Part shown: positions 36,201 to 48,600 of the stretch, one piece after another | Layout: each line of letters starts with the position of its first letter | How positions within the stretch are numbered: the first letter of the stretch is position 1 | Assembly: GCA_000708835.1 (NCBI GenBank) | Contig: DF237214.1 | Span: 1-64,000 of the forward strand | Source of the DNA: Klebsormidium nitens | Lineage: Eukaryota; Plantae; Klebsormidiophyceae | DNA: 64,000 nt | Direction of reading: 5' to 3' | Program-made: the position numbers and the translations under genes | Notes under the pieces: generated by a model | Seen by the model: the letters and a program-made list of their open reading frames with translations, nothing else | What the model was told of the DNA's origin: nothing | Databases searched by the model: none

Positions 36201-38512
36201 CTGCGAGTCCTCCTAATGTAGATTTACGAACATTGTGTTATTTCTTTACGTATGTTTCTAGCTGATTTTTTGAATTTACGACGAACTGCCAGTTGGTTCG
36301 GCTGAAGATACCCGTGTGTTGGAGCCCGGCGGCATTGCATTCGTTCGCAGGCTGTAAGCAAATCTAGATAGCGACCGCATAAAATCGCCTCTTTGTACGA
36401 AGCAAGTCAGGAGTCGTGTCAAACCATTCACAACAGTAGAATTTTACCTTTCCAGTCGTTGCGAAGCAGGGAAAAGAGTGCTGGACCGGTTTCAGAGCTA
36501 GAAAATGCCAATTGTACAGGTTTCTGCGGTTCGGGCGCCGCTGGTGCTTTCCCCACCCGGTGCTACTTCAACAACGATCCCCAGGGGCGCTACGTCTGCT
36601 GCGACTCCGCCGGATGCGACGGCTTCAACCCCCCCGACTTTCTCGTCCCCCACTGCAAAGCCAACGGTTACGTGCCACCTGGCTTTGGCGTCGGAGCCTC
36701 TCCCTCCCCCCCCGCGATTACGCCCCCGGCGGGGCCGCCCGCGAGTGGGTCGCAAGGTACGTGGATTCCAAATACGCTCTCTGACGAGACTCTATTTCTG
36801 GGACATTACAGCTCTTTTACGACAGGGCAGGTTTTGGTGAGACGGTCTCGAAACAACGGCCGAGCGACCCTATGGTCGTTTTGGAAGAACCCTGCAGCTT
36901 GAAAGAGACCAGTTTCTGGATGCTTGGCTGTTGGATCTTAGGACGAGAAGAGTGCGTGCCACCGGTTCGCTACCTCGGGAAGCGCGGAGCGTCTCCCGAG
37001 TTGTTTGCTTCAAGAAGATACTCTTCTTTATCCTGAAGATGCTTACGTCAGCTCCCGTTTTCTCCAAAGTTCGACCATTGGGCCACCTTTTCAACGATTC
37101 TAAAGTCAAGAACGGTTCAACGTAACACTTCGTGCGTCCGTTTCGAACGCCGAGAACCCTTTGTTCTGCTTCTGTTTAGCCCATTGCATCGCATGTTCCA
37201 TTTTTTGAATGGTTCGGAGGTCGGCGGAAGATCCGTGTGACGTCACAAAAGTAACTTCTACGATGGACTTTGCTTTCTAGTCGCCGAGAAGTCGGCAGCA
37301 TCGAGCGACCGTGAGGCGTATGTTTCACGTAGTTGGTCGCCGCAAAGCCACGTCTGCACGACGCTCCCTTGAACCCATTGCACCCGCCAAAATGCTTTCG
37401 CCCTCTTTCTTTTCAAATACTTTTCGCCCTTAAGAAGACTGGTTCAAAGGGCAGTGTACCATATACAAACCCAGGTTTGCTTGGTTGAAGGGCACTTGAC
37501 CCACCACAAACCAACCTTGGTTACTCAACACTTCTCCCGGTGTTTCGCCGCAGGTGTTTGCGGAACAGGCGACGCGAGCTTTTTCCCCACGCGGTGCTGG
37601 TTCAACAACGATCCCCAGGGGCGCTACGTCTGCTGCGACGGCCAGGGGTGTGACGGGTTCAACTCGGACAATCTGACCCCCCACTGCAAGAATTACGGTT
37701 TTGTGCCGCGCAATTTCGGCGCGGGGGGTTCGCCTGCCCAGCCCACCACACCCCCCAGCGGGTCCACACCCCCCAGCGGGTCGCAAGGTGAGGTCCGCGT
37801 TCTTTTGTCACATTCTCACCTCATAAGCATTGTCCGAAATTAGCCGTCCGTCGATGCGTGCTCACGTGGTACATGAGAGACCCTCCACTTTGAAGTGAAC
37901 GACACTTTGTAAGTGTGTGGGAAACACTAGGACTAGGCAGCCCTGCTGCTTTGAAGCCCTTTGAGGGGGGTCATTAACGTGCATAGATCTAACAGACAGG
38001 ATCACGCAGAATTACTCAGAGCTAGAAATTCGAACTACAAATTTCTATGCAAGCCTCATTTTCAGATGTAGCTGAACAAGATAAAAACATCGGCTCCCTT
38101 GCAAAAGTTTGGTTACCTGTGCCTTTTGGACACGTTTGGCTTCCGCCTGGGGGGACTTTTCTCTTTTCTCTCTAGAAACTGTGAGAACAAGCTCTACCAG
38201 AGCCGGTCGTTTTGCACAACTCTCGCACGGCTTCATTCGCGAGCGAAGACACGATCGTTCGATGTTCACGCACCCAGGCAGTTGACTGGCAGTTAATTTG
38301 GCAGTTAGCTTGGCAATTAACTGCCACGTGTCATCTCGACAGGCGTCTGCGGCACCGGAGCGGCAGCAAGCTTCCCCGTGCGGTGCTACTACAACAATGA
38401 CCCACAGGGGCGCTACGTGTGCTGCGACTCAGCCGGCTGCGACGGGTTCAATCCGCCCGACAACTTCTTCCCACACTGCAAGGCCAATGGATACGTACCG
38501 CCAAGTCTTTAG
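33226..38512 (+). CDS. Secreted ~407-aa protein: signal peptide, two EGF-like domains, three tandem 6-Cys modules with Pro/Ser linkers
   Basis: Exons 33226-33439, 34329-34469, 35006-35144, 35683-35771, 36520-36756, 37554-37787 and 38343-38512 are GT-AG, phase-compatible and total 1224 nt. Leader MAPGRVFFVALAVVLAVCWESVDA|Q. Canonical EGF: CFPDPCQNGGVC..FTCNCPVGFGGKTC. The repeat NNDPQGRYVCCD..GCDGFN occurs three times. Confidence 0.85.
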
Positions 38513-39662
38513 TTAAGTACATCCCACTTATATCAAGTCCTCCTCCTTCGAGTACAGTCGCGATAGAAGTGCGCGCTCTCGATCTCGCCCCACTTCGATT
38601 TTTGACAATATCCGTCGGTTAGTGACTTCGACGAACTTAGCCGCTCAAAGTGTCGTAGAGTGTCAACTTAGAGTCGCCGTTCAATGAGCCAGGAGTAGTC
38701 GGTCTTAGGAACGTACTGCAAAATAGATGCGCCGGTTTATGGAGCCAGATGTACTACCTTTCGGTATTTAGAGAGTTAACGAAGTGACCCGAAACGAGGC
38801 TAGGCCGAGGAGAGAGGTCCATATTGCAAGCAGCTGCTGGTCGACAGTCTTGCTACTATGTAGAGCTAGCTGAGTTTTACTTGTACACGGCGAGAACACG
38901 ATAATTACTGAATACTACGTATTCAGATCGTATTCATGCTGAATCGTGTGCTTGCATGCACACACACTGTCAAACGTATCGTTGTGTCATATTTTTGACG
39001 GTTGCAACCTATATATGAACAATTATCATGCAAGCCTTTGAGCCCGGCCGTGGCCGCGGCCCGGGCGATCCTGCCCGGCGGCACATGCATGCGATAATAT
39101 AGCTAGCCTCCGCATATGCAGCACTATATTCGTTACGTACTATTTCAGTACCGAAGAAACTTGAATGTCGTCAACCTAATTATCTATAGTTCTGCCGCCT
39201 GCTTCCAATTCCAATGACATGCATGATAGATTGACATATGGCCATACTGGTGCATTTAAATTTCAAACATGACATGTGCATGCAATTTGAAAATTGCGAA
39301 AATCGTTGACAGGATGACTATGCCAATTGATGATCCTTGGCAACATGCCAACAGAGACGTGCATCTCAGATTCCAGGTATTCGTCAAAACCAGTAGTCTT
39401 CAGCACCTTCACAGATATGGTATACTAGTACGGTATTTCTGTAGATTGTAAACAGTCGCTCAGATAAAGTACATGCTGGATTTACTCCATAAGCTCGAAA
39501 GCAACACAGATTGCAAATGCTAGCAAACGTAATGTCTTGACGTGCATTGGCCCGGACCAATGGAAGCGTGCGGCCCGCGACTTGCATATATACTCGGCCT
39601 CGCCGAGCTATGCTGACGTGAAGTTGGCTCTAACCGCTCAGTAGTTATCGACTCTTGACGAC

Positions 39663-42600
39663 TCATCTGGCCTCCGAAGGTGTTGACATCGCTTCCAGCT
39701 TCCGCAGAAGCCGGATCGCCGCCGAATCCTTCGCCTTTTTTATTGACGGCATCGCTTCCCCGTGAGCCATAAGCTCAGAAACGGTCGCCCCTTCCCCTTT
39801 CCCCAGCATCCGCACTTTGACGCCGTACGTGAACCGTACGTCCGTTGCCGCGTCCGATTCGGACACGGCGAAGTAGTCCGGCATTGGCCAGCCTCGCTTC
39901 GCGCACAGCTCGTTCAAGTTCTGCCGGTTCTCCGGTCTGAGGGGTTGGCTGCTGGCGGCTTCAGCGGCAGGGCTCGTCTTGACGGCAGTCTGGCAAATAA
40001 AGAGAGTGATTTAGCGCTTGAAAGCTGAGGGACAGTGGATGCGAAAATGGGGCTTTCCTGAGGGTAAAAACGGGTTAGGAAAGCAAAGACGCCCACTCTT
40101 GTCGCTTCAGTATATCTAACGTCGATATGATATCAGGACTGCACTTGTTGGAAAACCATCAGATGACGCGCGTTTCAAAAGCAGTCACATTGAGACGAAG
40201 TTAATCCGATATTCCAGACAACAAAGCGGCACTTTTGGGTTCTGACGTCAACATAGGAAAACTCTTGTCGCCCTTCGAGGTCGACTTGCAATTTGCCGAA
40301 CCCTTCATACTGTAGACGCTGTAAATAACGGTCGCCTTGACCGGATCGTCATCGGAAAGACAAACGAAAGAGCAAGTAACCACAAAAGAAGAGACCGCGG
40401 TTTGCTGTTGACTCGAATCGCCAAATGCCTCCGGCTCCACTATGAGAAAGCCTGACCCCTTGGAGGGAGAGGGAGGAACTACAAAACCGAACCCCTAAAG
40501 TTATTTGTGGGGGCAGAGCCTTCCAACTTCAGTCAGCAGGCAACCAAAAATGCCAGCTTTATCAAAGGAAGACAATAAGTATGCAACCCTAAACCGGGAC
40601 TTCGAACTGTGACCCGCTCAACTAGGCGCGGCAAGAAACCCACAGTGGCGGCTGACCCGCTGCGTACCAGACACGACTCCGGAGCACGATCCGCGCAACT
40701 AGGCGCGGCGACAAAAACCACAGTGCGGCTCACCAGCTGCGCGCCGTACTGCTGGCGGAGGTGCGCGAGCGCGTCGCGCGCGGCGTGCTTCTGGGCCATC
40801 TTTTTCTGCGCATTCTGCGCGCTCCCGACCATCTCGCCGTTCAGGAAGACGTCCACCTGCGCCAGCCGCCCGACCCGGTTCTGGCGGTACTCCAAACCCT
40901 CGTCTAACCGCTGGCAGGCTTCCTGGATTAGGCAGGAACAAGCAAGGGTTAGCGGGGGTTAAACCGGTTCTTGTTGTGGCAGTACTCCAAACCCTCGTCT
41001 AACCGCTGGCAGGCTTCCTAAATGAGTGGGGTAAGGTGCTCGGGTCAGTGAAAGGGTTTAGAAGAAGTCCATGGTTCCGGCAGCATTCCAAAAGCTAGTA
41101 GATTAGCCGAAAGGAAACCGCAATCACAACTTGGGCAGCGGCAGAGTGCCGCCGCTGCCTGACCGATCTCTGGCGGGGACTTATCCCTCAAATTCCGTGC
41201 AAGTTTTCCGATGTCGGATGCGCAAGTCAGTGCGAGGTGAGAAAAGAAGGGAAACAGTCACAGCGCTCCACACTTTGACAAGGATTACGCGCATGGTCCG
41301 CCTGATCCTCTTTTTCAGGCCTGAATCCACTCCGGACTCAACTTTGCAATCTGACATAGTGCAAGATTCACAGACAACAATAAAAACGAGTAAATCTTTG
41401 CCTTTCAAGCGCCTAAGATATGAATCTCTTTCCGCAGCGGAGGCTCCCTTCGTATTTTTGAAAGGAGGGCCATGGGAGCACAGCCATCAAGCACCAAAAA
41501 GATCACCGACGGAGACTTTCTTCAATTACTTGGCGAGCAACGATGACCGAACTTACTGGTTGTGTCAGACAACATCCAACATGCTAGCCTTGAAGCAACT
41601 TCTAACTTCCCCGACATCCCGATGTTCGGACGCAACTCAATCGAAGCTCTCGGACGGATTGGTTCGGCAGGTTGTCGTCTCGTCAAGAAACAAGAAGCAA
41701 TTCTACAAGCAATGCCTTTTCAGAGTCATTGATCCGCTCTTCACTTTTGAGAGGAAGTTTTTTGCTTTTCTGTGTTCAAACGTCCGGCGCCGGCCCACCT
41801 GCCGTTCTCGGACGAGGTGGATCGGCAGCGTCTCGTGCATCAAGAGGTACAACTACACGGTCAAACGACTCCTTTTTCGGACACAATGTCGTATTGAGCA
41901 ACTTTCTCGTCGATATGCATATCTTCGGCGTTCGGCCGTCCGGACGGGGAGCCCACCTGGAGCTCTCGGACGGGATGTATCGGCGGCGTGTCCGGCGTCA
42001 AATAACGAGAATCAAGGAGGAGAAACCTTGTTCTTTGCGGATGGCTTTGTTTTCTATGTTTGGACGTCCGGACTGGGCCCTGCCTGCAGTTGTCGGACGG
42101 GGTGGATCGGCAGCGTGTCCGGCGTCAAAACGAGAATCTAACCAATGGAAAAGAGTTGTTTTAGCAGTTACAGCAAACGGCTTTGCCTTCTGTGTTTGGA
42201 CGTTCGGACGGGGGGCCCACCTGCAGTTCGCGGACGGGGTGAATCGGCAGCGTGTCCGGCGTCACCATCGGCTGCAGCAGCGGCTCGAAGACGCGCCACA
42301 CCGTCTCGTGGTCCAGCCCGCAGTCGAGCAGAACCGCGCCCGCGAGCGACTCAAACACATCGCCCAACACTTTCGGCGCGGAATGGTCGACCAGTCCGAA
42401 GGAGTGCGCGTGCCCGGTCCCCGCCGCTTCTAGTTCGATCGCGTATGCAGTGACCTGCGAGTGGCGAAGAGGCAGAAAGCTTAGAGCGAATCTCCTTTGC
42501 TTCAACTGGACGTCGAAAACATTTTAGGAAAATCATGATTTTAAAGGATATTGGGTTCTTCTGTCAATCATCAATCTGGGTGTTGATGAAACTGAGTGAC

Positions 42601-45600
42601 TCTGTCCCTCTTGCTTTCGGCCTTTTGTTGTTTTCATCGTCTTTTCTCACTGCCGAAGTAACTCCCGCCAAAACAAAGCATAGCTGTCCTAGAAAGCCAT
42701 TAAGTGCTCCGCGAACGTCTCAACAATGCAGATATCAACGTAAGCAGCGAGCCGCAATCGCACCTGTTGTAGGAGGACGGCGGAGCGGTGCCGCAAATGG
42801 CGGTGCAGGCCCCGGGTGACGACCACCCGGGCGAAGTTCTCGTTGTTCACGGCAGCGCTGCGCAGGTCGGTGAGCATCCCCGGGGAAAGATCGGGGAACG
42901 CGTCGTACAGGTGGCGCGTGATCAGGTAGTCCAGCACGGCGTCGCCCAAGAACTCGAGCCGCTGGTAGCACGGGACCTGAGATTGGAAAACAGCGTTGAG
43001 AGGAAATTCTGGGTATTTCACAAGGAGCCGGGAAAGAAAACAATTGGATAGAACAGCGAGAGAATGAGGTGAAATTCACTTGAACTTGTTACGGTTGTCA
43101 GCTCAAGAATATCAGGGAGCGTCACCAAGGGCTCCGCAGCAGGGCGATGCGTCAGCGCCTGAACGAGCTGCGGGCGACCCCCTCGAGAGAAGATAGTTCA
43201 GCACTTTCTCGCGGTTTCAGAATCCAGGGTTTGGGACTTTATTGCGCACGATCATTGAGTGGGGTGCTTTAGCGCTTCCAAATCTTCTAAGACCTTGGCA
43301 TTCTTCTGGTTTTTGGATTTCGAAGGATGTGGGACTTACCGACTGCTCGGCTCCGGTGGGGTGCGTCAGCGCCTCAACCAGCAGCGCTCGGCTGTGAAAC
43401 GAGTACCCCAGCACAGCCTCGACCGCAGCGCAATCGGCGCTCCGCAGGATCGCCTCTGGAACGGCCGCCCCTTGGCGTGTTTCCTCAACGGCGGAGGCCG
43501 GGAACTGAGGGAAAAGACGACGGCCGATGGACGTCAGCAGTCACGTAAACGGAGGCAGCGGCAAACACCAGAGTGTCGGAAGCGACATCCGAGAAGGTAG
43601 CAGAGAGCAAGTTGGCAGTTTTATAGCATGAGCTGCTGTAAGGTAACCCAGGAAGTCGAGATAGACTTCTACGTTCTCAGCTTTATTGTCGTTCGAAGCC
43701 GAAGCCGAAGCCGAAGCCGAAGCCCTCAGACCAGATGCTCTTCTCCACGGGTACCCAAGAACATATTCGAGATCATGACTAATCGGGGACAAATGTAGTC
43801 CTCAAACCTCTCTCTTCCAACAACACGAGACCCTCCAAAAGGGGGACCCTCCGCACGCAACGCGTCTTTGCATCCACTGATGACGTCTTTGACTTCTCCG
43901 GAGAGGCGGAACTTCTCACCTGCGTCTCGATGCCCACCCACTCCATGAACCCCACCGCTGCTGGCACCCCTCCTTCCGAATGATACGTCCCAATCAGCGC
44001 CTCCACGACGTCCGCCAAACCCTTGTCCGAAACCACGCGCCAGTCCGTGGGTCCGAACCCGGCTTCGGACACCTCCTCCTCGGGCCGCCCGTCCACGCTA
44101 ATCGGCCTCGGTTTGGCGCTAATTGAGTCGGGTTTCGCGCTAGCCTGCACTTCTAAAGCTCCCCGCGGCGAGAGGCGCGCGTGCGGCTGCGAGCATGCCT
44201 CTCTATGTACACTGTCGCTCTTTCCGTTGCGCCACGCGTTTGCGGCCCCGCTGTCCGGCCTCGTACGAGGGGGATCCCTCCCGGTGCCACGTGGCGCCTC
44301 CTCGTTGGCCGTTTCCTCAAAGGCTAAAACAGACGCCGGGCTCGCCGCCGCGCGCTCAATCACCAAACGCCCGAGCTTGTCGCCCCCCCTCAAAGATCTG
44401 ACACCGGCGAAATCTTCCGATGACGTCCCGATCGACAAGGATCGGACACCTTGAATGGGTGCCGTCTCTTGCTGCAGGGTTCGAGAATCGGATTCTGCTC
44501 CCAACGGGGGAAAGTCCCCCTCTGCAAGACGTCGGACGTCCGCACCGTCTTGTTTTCTCGATCCGTCACCTTCGGACGACCTTGTCCCCTCTCCACTTTC
44601 CCCGTCTGGAGCTCCCGCTGTCCCCATCTTGTCTGATCTTCCTCCTAGAACTTCGCTTGGCTGCCCCCCTCGAGCTCCCCCCGTATCCTCGTCTACCGAA
44701 CCCAGCGGCCTGCCAACCGCCTCCCCCCCCCCGGCTTGCGCGCCCTTATCAGCANNNNNNNNNNNNNNNNNNNNNNNNNNNNNNNNNNNNNNNNNNNNNN
44801 NNNNNNNNNNNNNNNNNNNNNNNNNNNNNNNNNNNNNNNNNNNNNNNNNNNNNNNNNNNNNNNNNNNNNNNNNNNNNNNNNNNNNNNNNNNNNNNNNNNN
44901 NNNNNNNNNNNNNNNNNNNNNNNNNNNNNTTCCCGTACCTAACGGCCCGTCGCGGCGCCACGCCCGGCCGCCACGCCACCTTCGCTCGGGTTAAACCGAC
45001 GTCCGCCCGTCGACAACCTCCAACCCTTGGAGAGCGCCAGCTGGAGCAGCGCACTGTTGCTGACGACCTGCTGACGTAGGCCCGTGAGCTGGCCCTCGTG
45101 GCGCGACGGGTGCAGCAGGAAGACGCGCCGGCTCACGGCGTACTTGAGGAAGCCGTCGCCGAGCAGCTCAGCGCGCTCGTACGAGAAGGCCTCCTGGCAC
45201 GAGGATGACGTCAGCGCCTGGAGGACCTGCGGAAACGGAAGCGAGTGTGTGAGATTCTTATCTTTAATACTTTTGAAATATTGGATGTCTCAGGCGCTTT
45301 CTGACAGCGTACTTTAGGAAGCCGTCGCCTAGCAGCTCGTCGCACTCGTACGAGAAGACCTCCTGGCACGAGGACGACGTCAGCGCCTGGAGGACCTGCG
45401 GGAACGAGAGAAAGAGCGTCGAGCTCAAAAGATCGGCACTTCTTAGTTATCAAGCTTCCAAGGGGCTTTTGACAAACCACTTGAGGAAGCGGTTTCCGAG
45501 CAGGTCCGCGCGCTTGTACGAACAGGCCTCCTGACCTGAGGATGACGTCAGGCTTGGAAGACCTAGGGACAGAAGAAAGAATCTGTAAGGTTGGGGCTTT

Positions 45601-48600
45601 CATGATCAGCTGAATCGGGCCTTCAGGGCGCTTTTCGACTGCGTTTTGTAAGAAGCCGTCGCCCAGAAGCTCTGCGCGCTTGTAGGAGAACGCTTCTTGG
45701 CACGAGGATGACGTCAGCGCCTGAGAAACCTGACGGCAGGGAAGGTGTGAGATGACGTGGATGTTCTGAGTATCGTTTCCATTGGGCGCTGATCAATGGC
45801 GTAGTTGAGGACGCCGTCGCCCAGATGTATTGCGCACTCGTATGAGCTCGCCTCCTGGCATGCGGATGACGTCAGCGCCTGGAAGACTTGGAGCGAAAGG
45901 GAGATCAACCGTCCCTTTCCCCGACCGGATTGCATCTCCGGTCGGAAGGACCAGGGGGTGCAATCCAAGGAATCTAAGGATACGAGAGGAAAACTTGATA
46001 CGACAAGATTAGGTACCGATAGGCGCAGGAACGCAACTCATGTGGTGCGATTTCGTACCTGGACATGTGCCAATTCCATAGTGGCAAGCGAAGTCTTTCC
46101 TGCAAATTCGGAGCTTGGACTCTAACAAGAACCACCTTCTTCTCCTTGCCTCCTTGACGACACTAGCAACCAGTGCCGAGGAAAAGAACGCTTTTATCGA
46201 ATCAGCCCAGGAAACCTTCAAACATCTCAGAAATGTTACCCACTCAAATACATATTTAATTTGTATAACTCAACCTAGTCTTTGCAAGGAACTCACCTTC
46301 TCTAACCCTATCGGCAGCCCGATCGCGGCCCGCAGCTGTGCAGCGACCATAAGAGACTCGATCCGTCGCATGACGGACGGCATGTGAAGGCCCGTCCGCA
46401 GGACGTCGCTCCCGATCGGGTGCAACTGGCACAGCTCCGCCGGCAGCTGTACAAAGAAGTCGGGCCGCGACGACTCGGCTCCTGCAATCGGGAGAAGAGG
46501 TGACGTCAGCGGACGTCACAGTTTCCGAGTTTGATAAGCTCGAGGTGATTGGCCTCTCATGATGAGAGGTAGCACAGAGCTTCGTAAGGGACCGTACGCA
46601 ACGCAGAGACTCTGCTGAGATCCATGCGACCAATGACTTATTGGGGTAGCTGCAAGTTTCCGACGAATAAGCAGCCCTGGTGCTTGTCTATCGAAAAGGT
46701 GCGGCTGCTTTCTAATTCATAGCTGCCTTTTTCTCTGCATGCTGAAACATAGAGACCATGGAGGCTTACCAGTCTCTGTGGTGGAGTCAAAGCGCGGCAC
46801 CAAGTGGTTGCGCGCGCGCGGGACGCCCGAGCAGTGCAGCAGGGGCTGCTTCCGGTGAAGCAGCTTGAGGCCGTACCTGCGGAAAGAAACCGGTTTCGGG
46901 ATGTCACCGATTCAGGCAGTCTCAGCCTAAAAGCACTAGAAACACCTTCTGAGTGTAGGTAGCAAGTGATAAATTGTCATGTGACATTGCGAAAGTCATG
47001 CCTTCGCTGTAGGAGACCTGCCAGGAATGGGTTGGAAATCATGAAAATTTTCCGGGGGTCGGCCGATAGAGGAGTGTATTGAGTGGGGGTCGATGTTGGA
47101 ACGAGCTTGCACTGTGAAAGGCAGGACTGAACGCGTTCACATGGGAGAGTAGTGAAAGCGGACAGAGGGGTGGGGTCAACAACCGGACAAAAAAGCAAGT
47201 CTAAGGTTAATTGAGTGTAAATATGATAAGCGGATGTTGTAGAGGTAAGAGTTCGAAGAAGCTTCGAAAGGTCGAAGGCAACGACTCACCGTTTCCAATA
47301 GTACTCGGTGAATGTTGCATACTCTGGGGGCGACGTGGCGTTGTCCTTCTGAGGAAAGGGGCTGTCTGCATCTAGTTCGAGCTCAACCCTGTCCACGAAA
47401 AAGCGCTTGCCGCTGTGCGTGGCGATGACGACACGACCCTGCAGAGAAGATAGCCAAGAGAACGTTACAAGACTGCGAGAGAGATTGAAGAGACTGCGAA
47501 TCAAGCGCTTCAAGTAGTAAAGACGATGTGGTGGTTTCAAACCAGTTGCGTAGGATTTTGTCATCATCTTGCCAAAGCAGGCACTTGCGGGAAGTCACCA
47601 ACATCTGCTCTCAGTGACGCCGAAATGGGAATCAAGCTCGGCAAAGGAGTGCGCGAAGTTTGGGCTTTTTACTTCCAGATTGGACACACGATGACGCCCA
47701 AAAGATAAAAAGCGCCTAGTTCGCATCTTAAGAGATACAAAGACCACGCCCAAAATAGAGGATAACGATCGGCCCTCTTGATGGGGACGAGCCGTAACCA
47801 AGACATAGCTAGCCCCAAACCATTCAAGGTTAAGCTCAACCCACCCGCAGGGCATCCGGATCCACCGGTCCGTCCGCCAGCACAAGCGCGCCGTCCCATC
47901 GCTTCATCGACGATTGACTGCTGCTCCGTTTCAGCGCCCGCCCGCTCTTCGCCAACCCCTTGAATCCTCGGTCCTCCTTCTGGCTCTCGTCCGACGACGA
48001 CCGCTCATATGAGGTCATTGCGCGAACGCTGCCACTGCGAGGCAGAGGCCCCCTCCCAGAACCATCTTTCGACCCCTGGCTTGACCCGTCTCTTGACCCG
48101 TCTCTTGACCCTGGGTTTGACCCGTCTTTCGAACCGCCGGATCCCCCCGAATCGGGGCGCGGCTCGAAGGCCTGCGCGCCGCTGTTGAGCTGCAGGCCCC
48201 GAGGGGGGGTGCTTGCGGGGCTCCTACGACCCCCCCGGCCTGGGGCGTGCATTACCCCCCCCTCCATGGCAGCCTGCTGCTCTGGTGTTGGCAGCCCCCC
48301 AGAAGCAATCTGCTCAATCACTTCCGCTGCCGAGACAAGCCCGCTGCCCTGACGCTTCAGGGGCGGGGGGGCAGCGTTCTGACTAGAATAGCCCCCCCGC
48401 TGCTGGTAAAATGCTGATGCGCTCTTGTGCCCCATCCGCTGGTGCATTGGCGAGTGCACGGGCGACGGACTTTGCATCGGGTTTACCCCCGGGTTGAAGT
48501 AACCCGGAAGGGGAACGGGTACCGGGGTGGGGGGGTATTGGTGCGGGCCAAAATCGACCCCCGGGGATGGGGACGACGCTCCCGAGCGGGGGCTCTGGTG

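Noticed and set aside
41131-42141. 336-aa plus-strand ORF antisense in a DCL1 intron
   Set aside because: TTG start, no recognisable domain, and it runs through the echo repeats. It is most likely a chance ORF.
41760-42260. CRISPR-like repeat-spacer appearance
   Set aside because: The units are diverged copies of a DCL1 exon end in a eukaryotic intron, with no constant repeat length and no cas genes.
44930-45030. Apparent frameshifts suggesting DCL1 is a pseudogene
   Set aside because: The stretch abuts the N gap and looks like a corrupted version of the conserved DCL1 ..ADRFxPSRWAAPGV (RFNPS is still readable). Low-quality read ends are the likelier cause; cDNA or long reads are needed.
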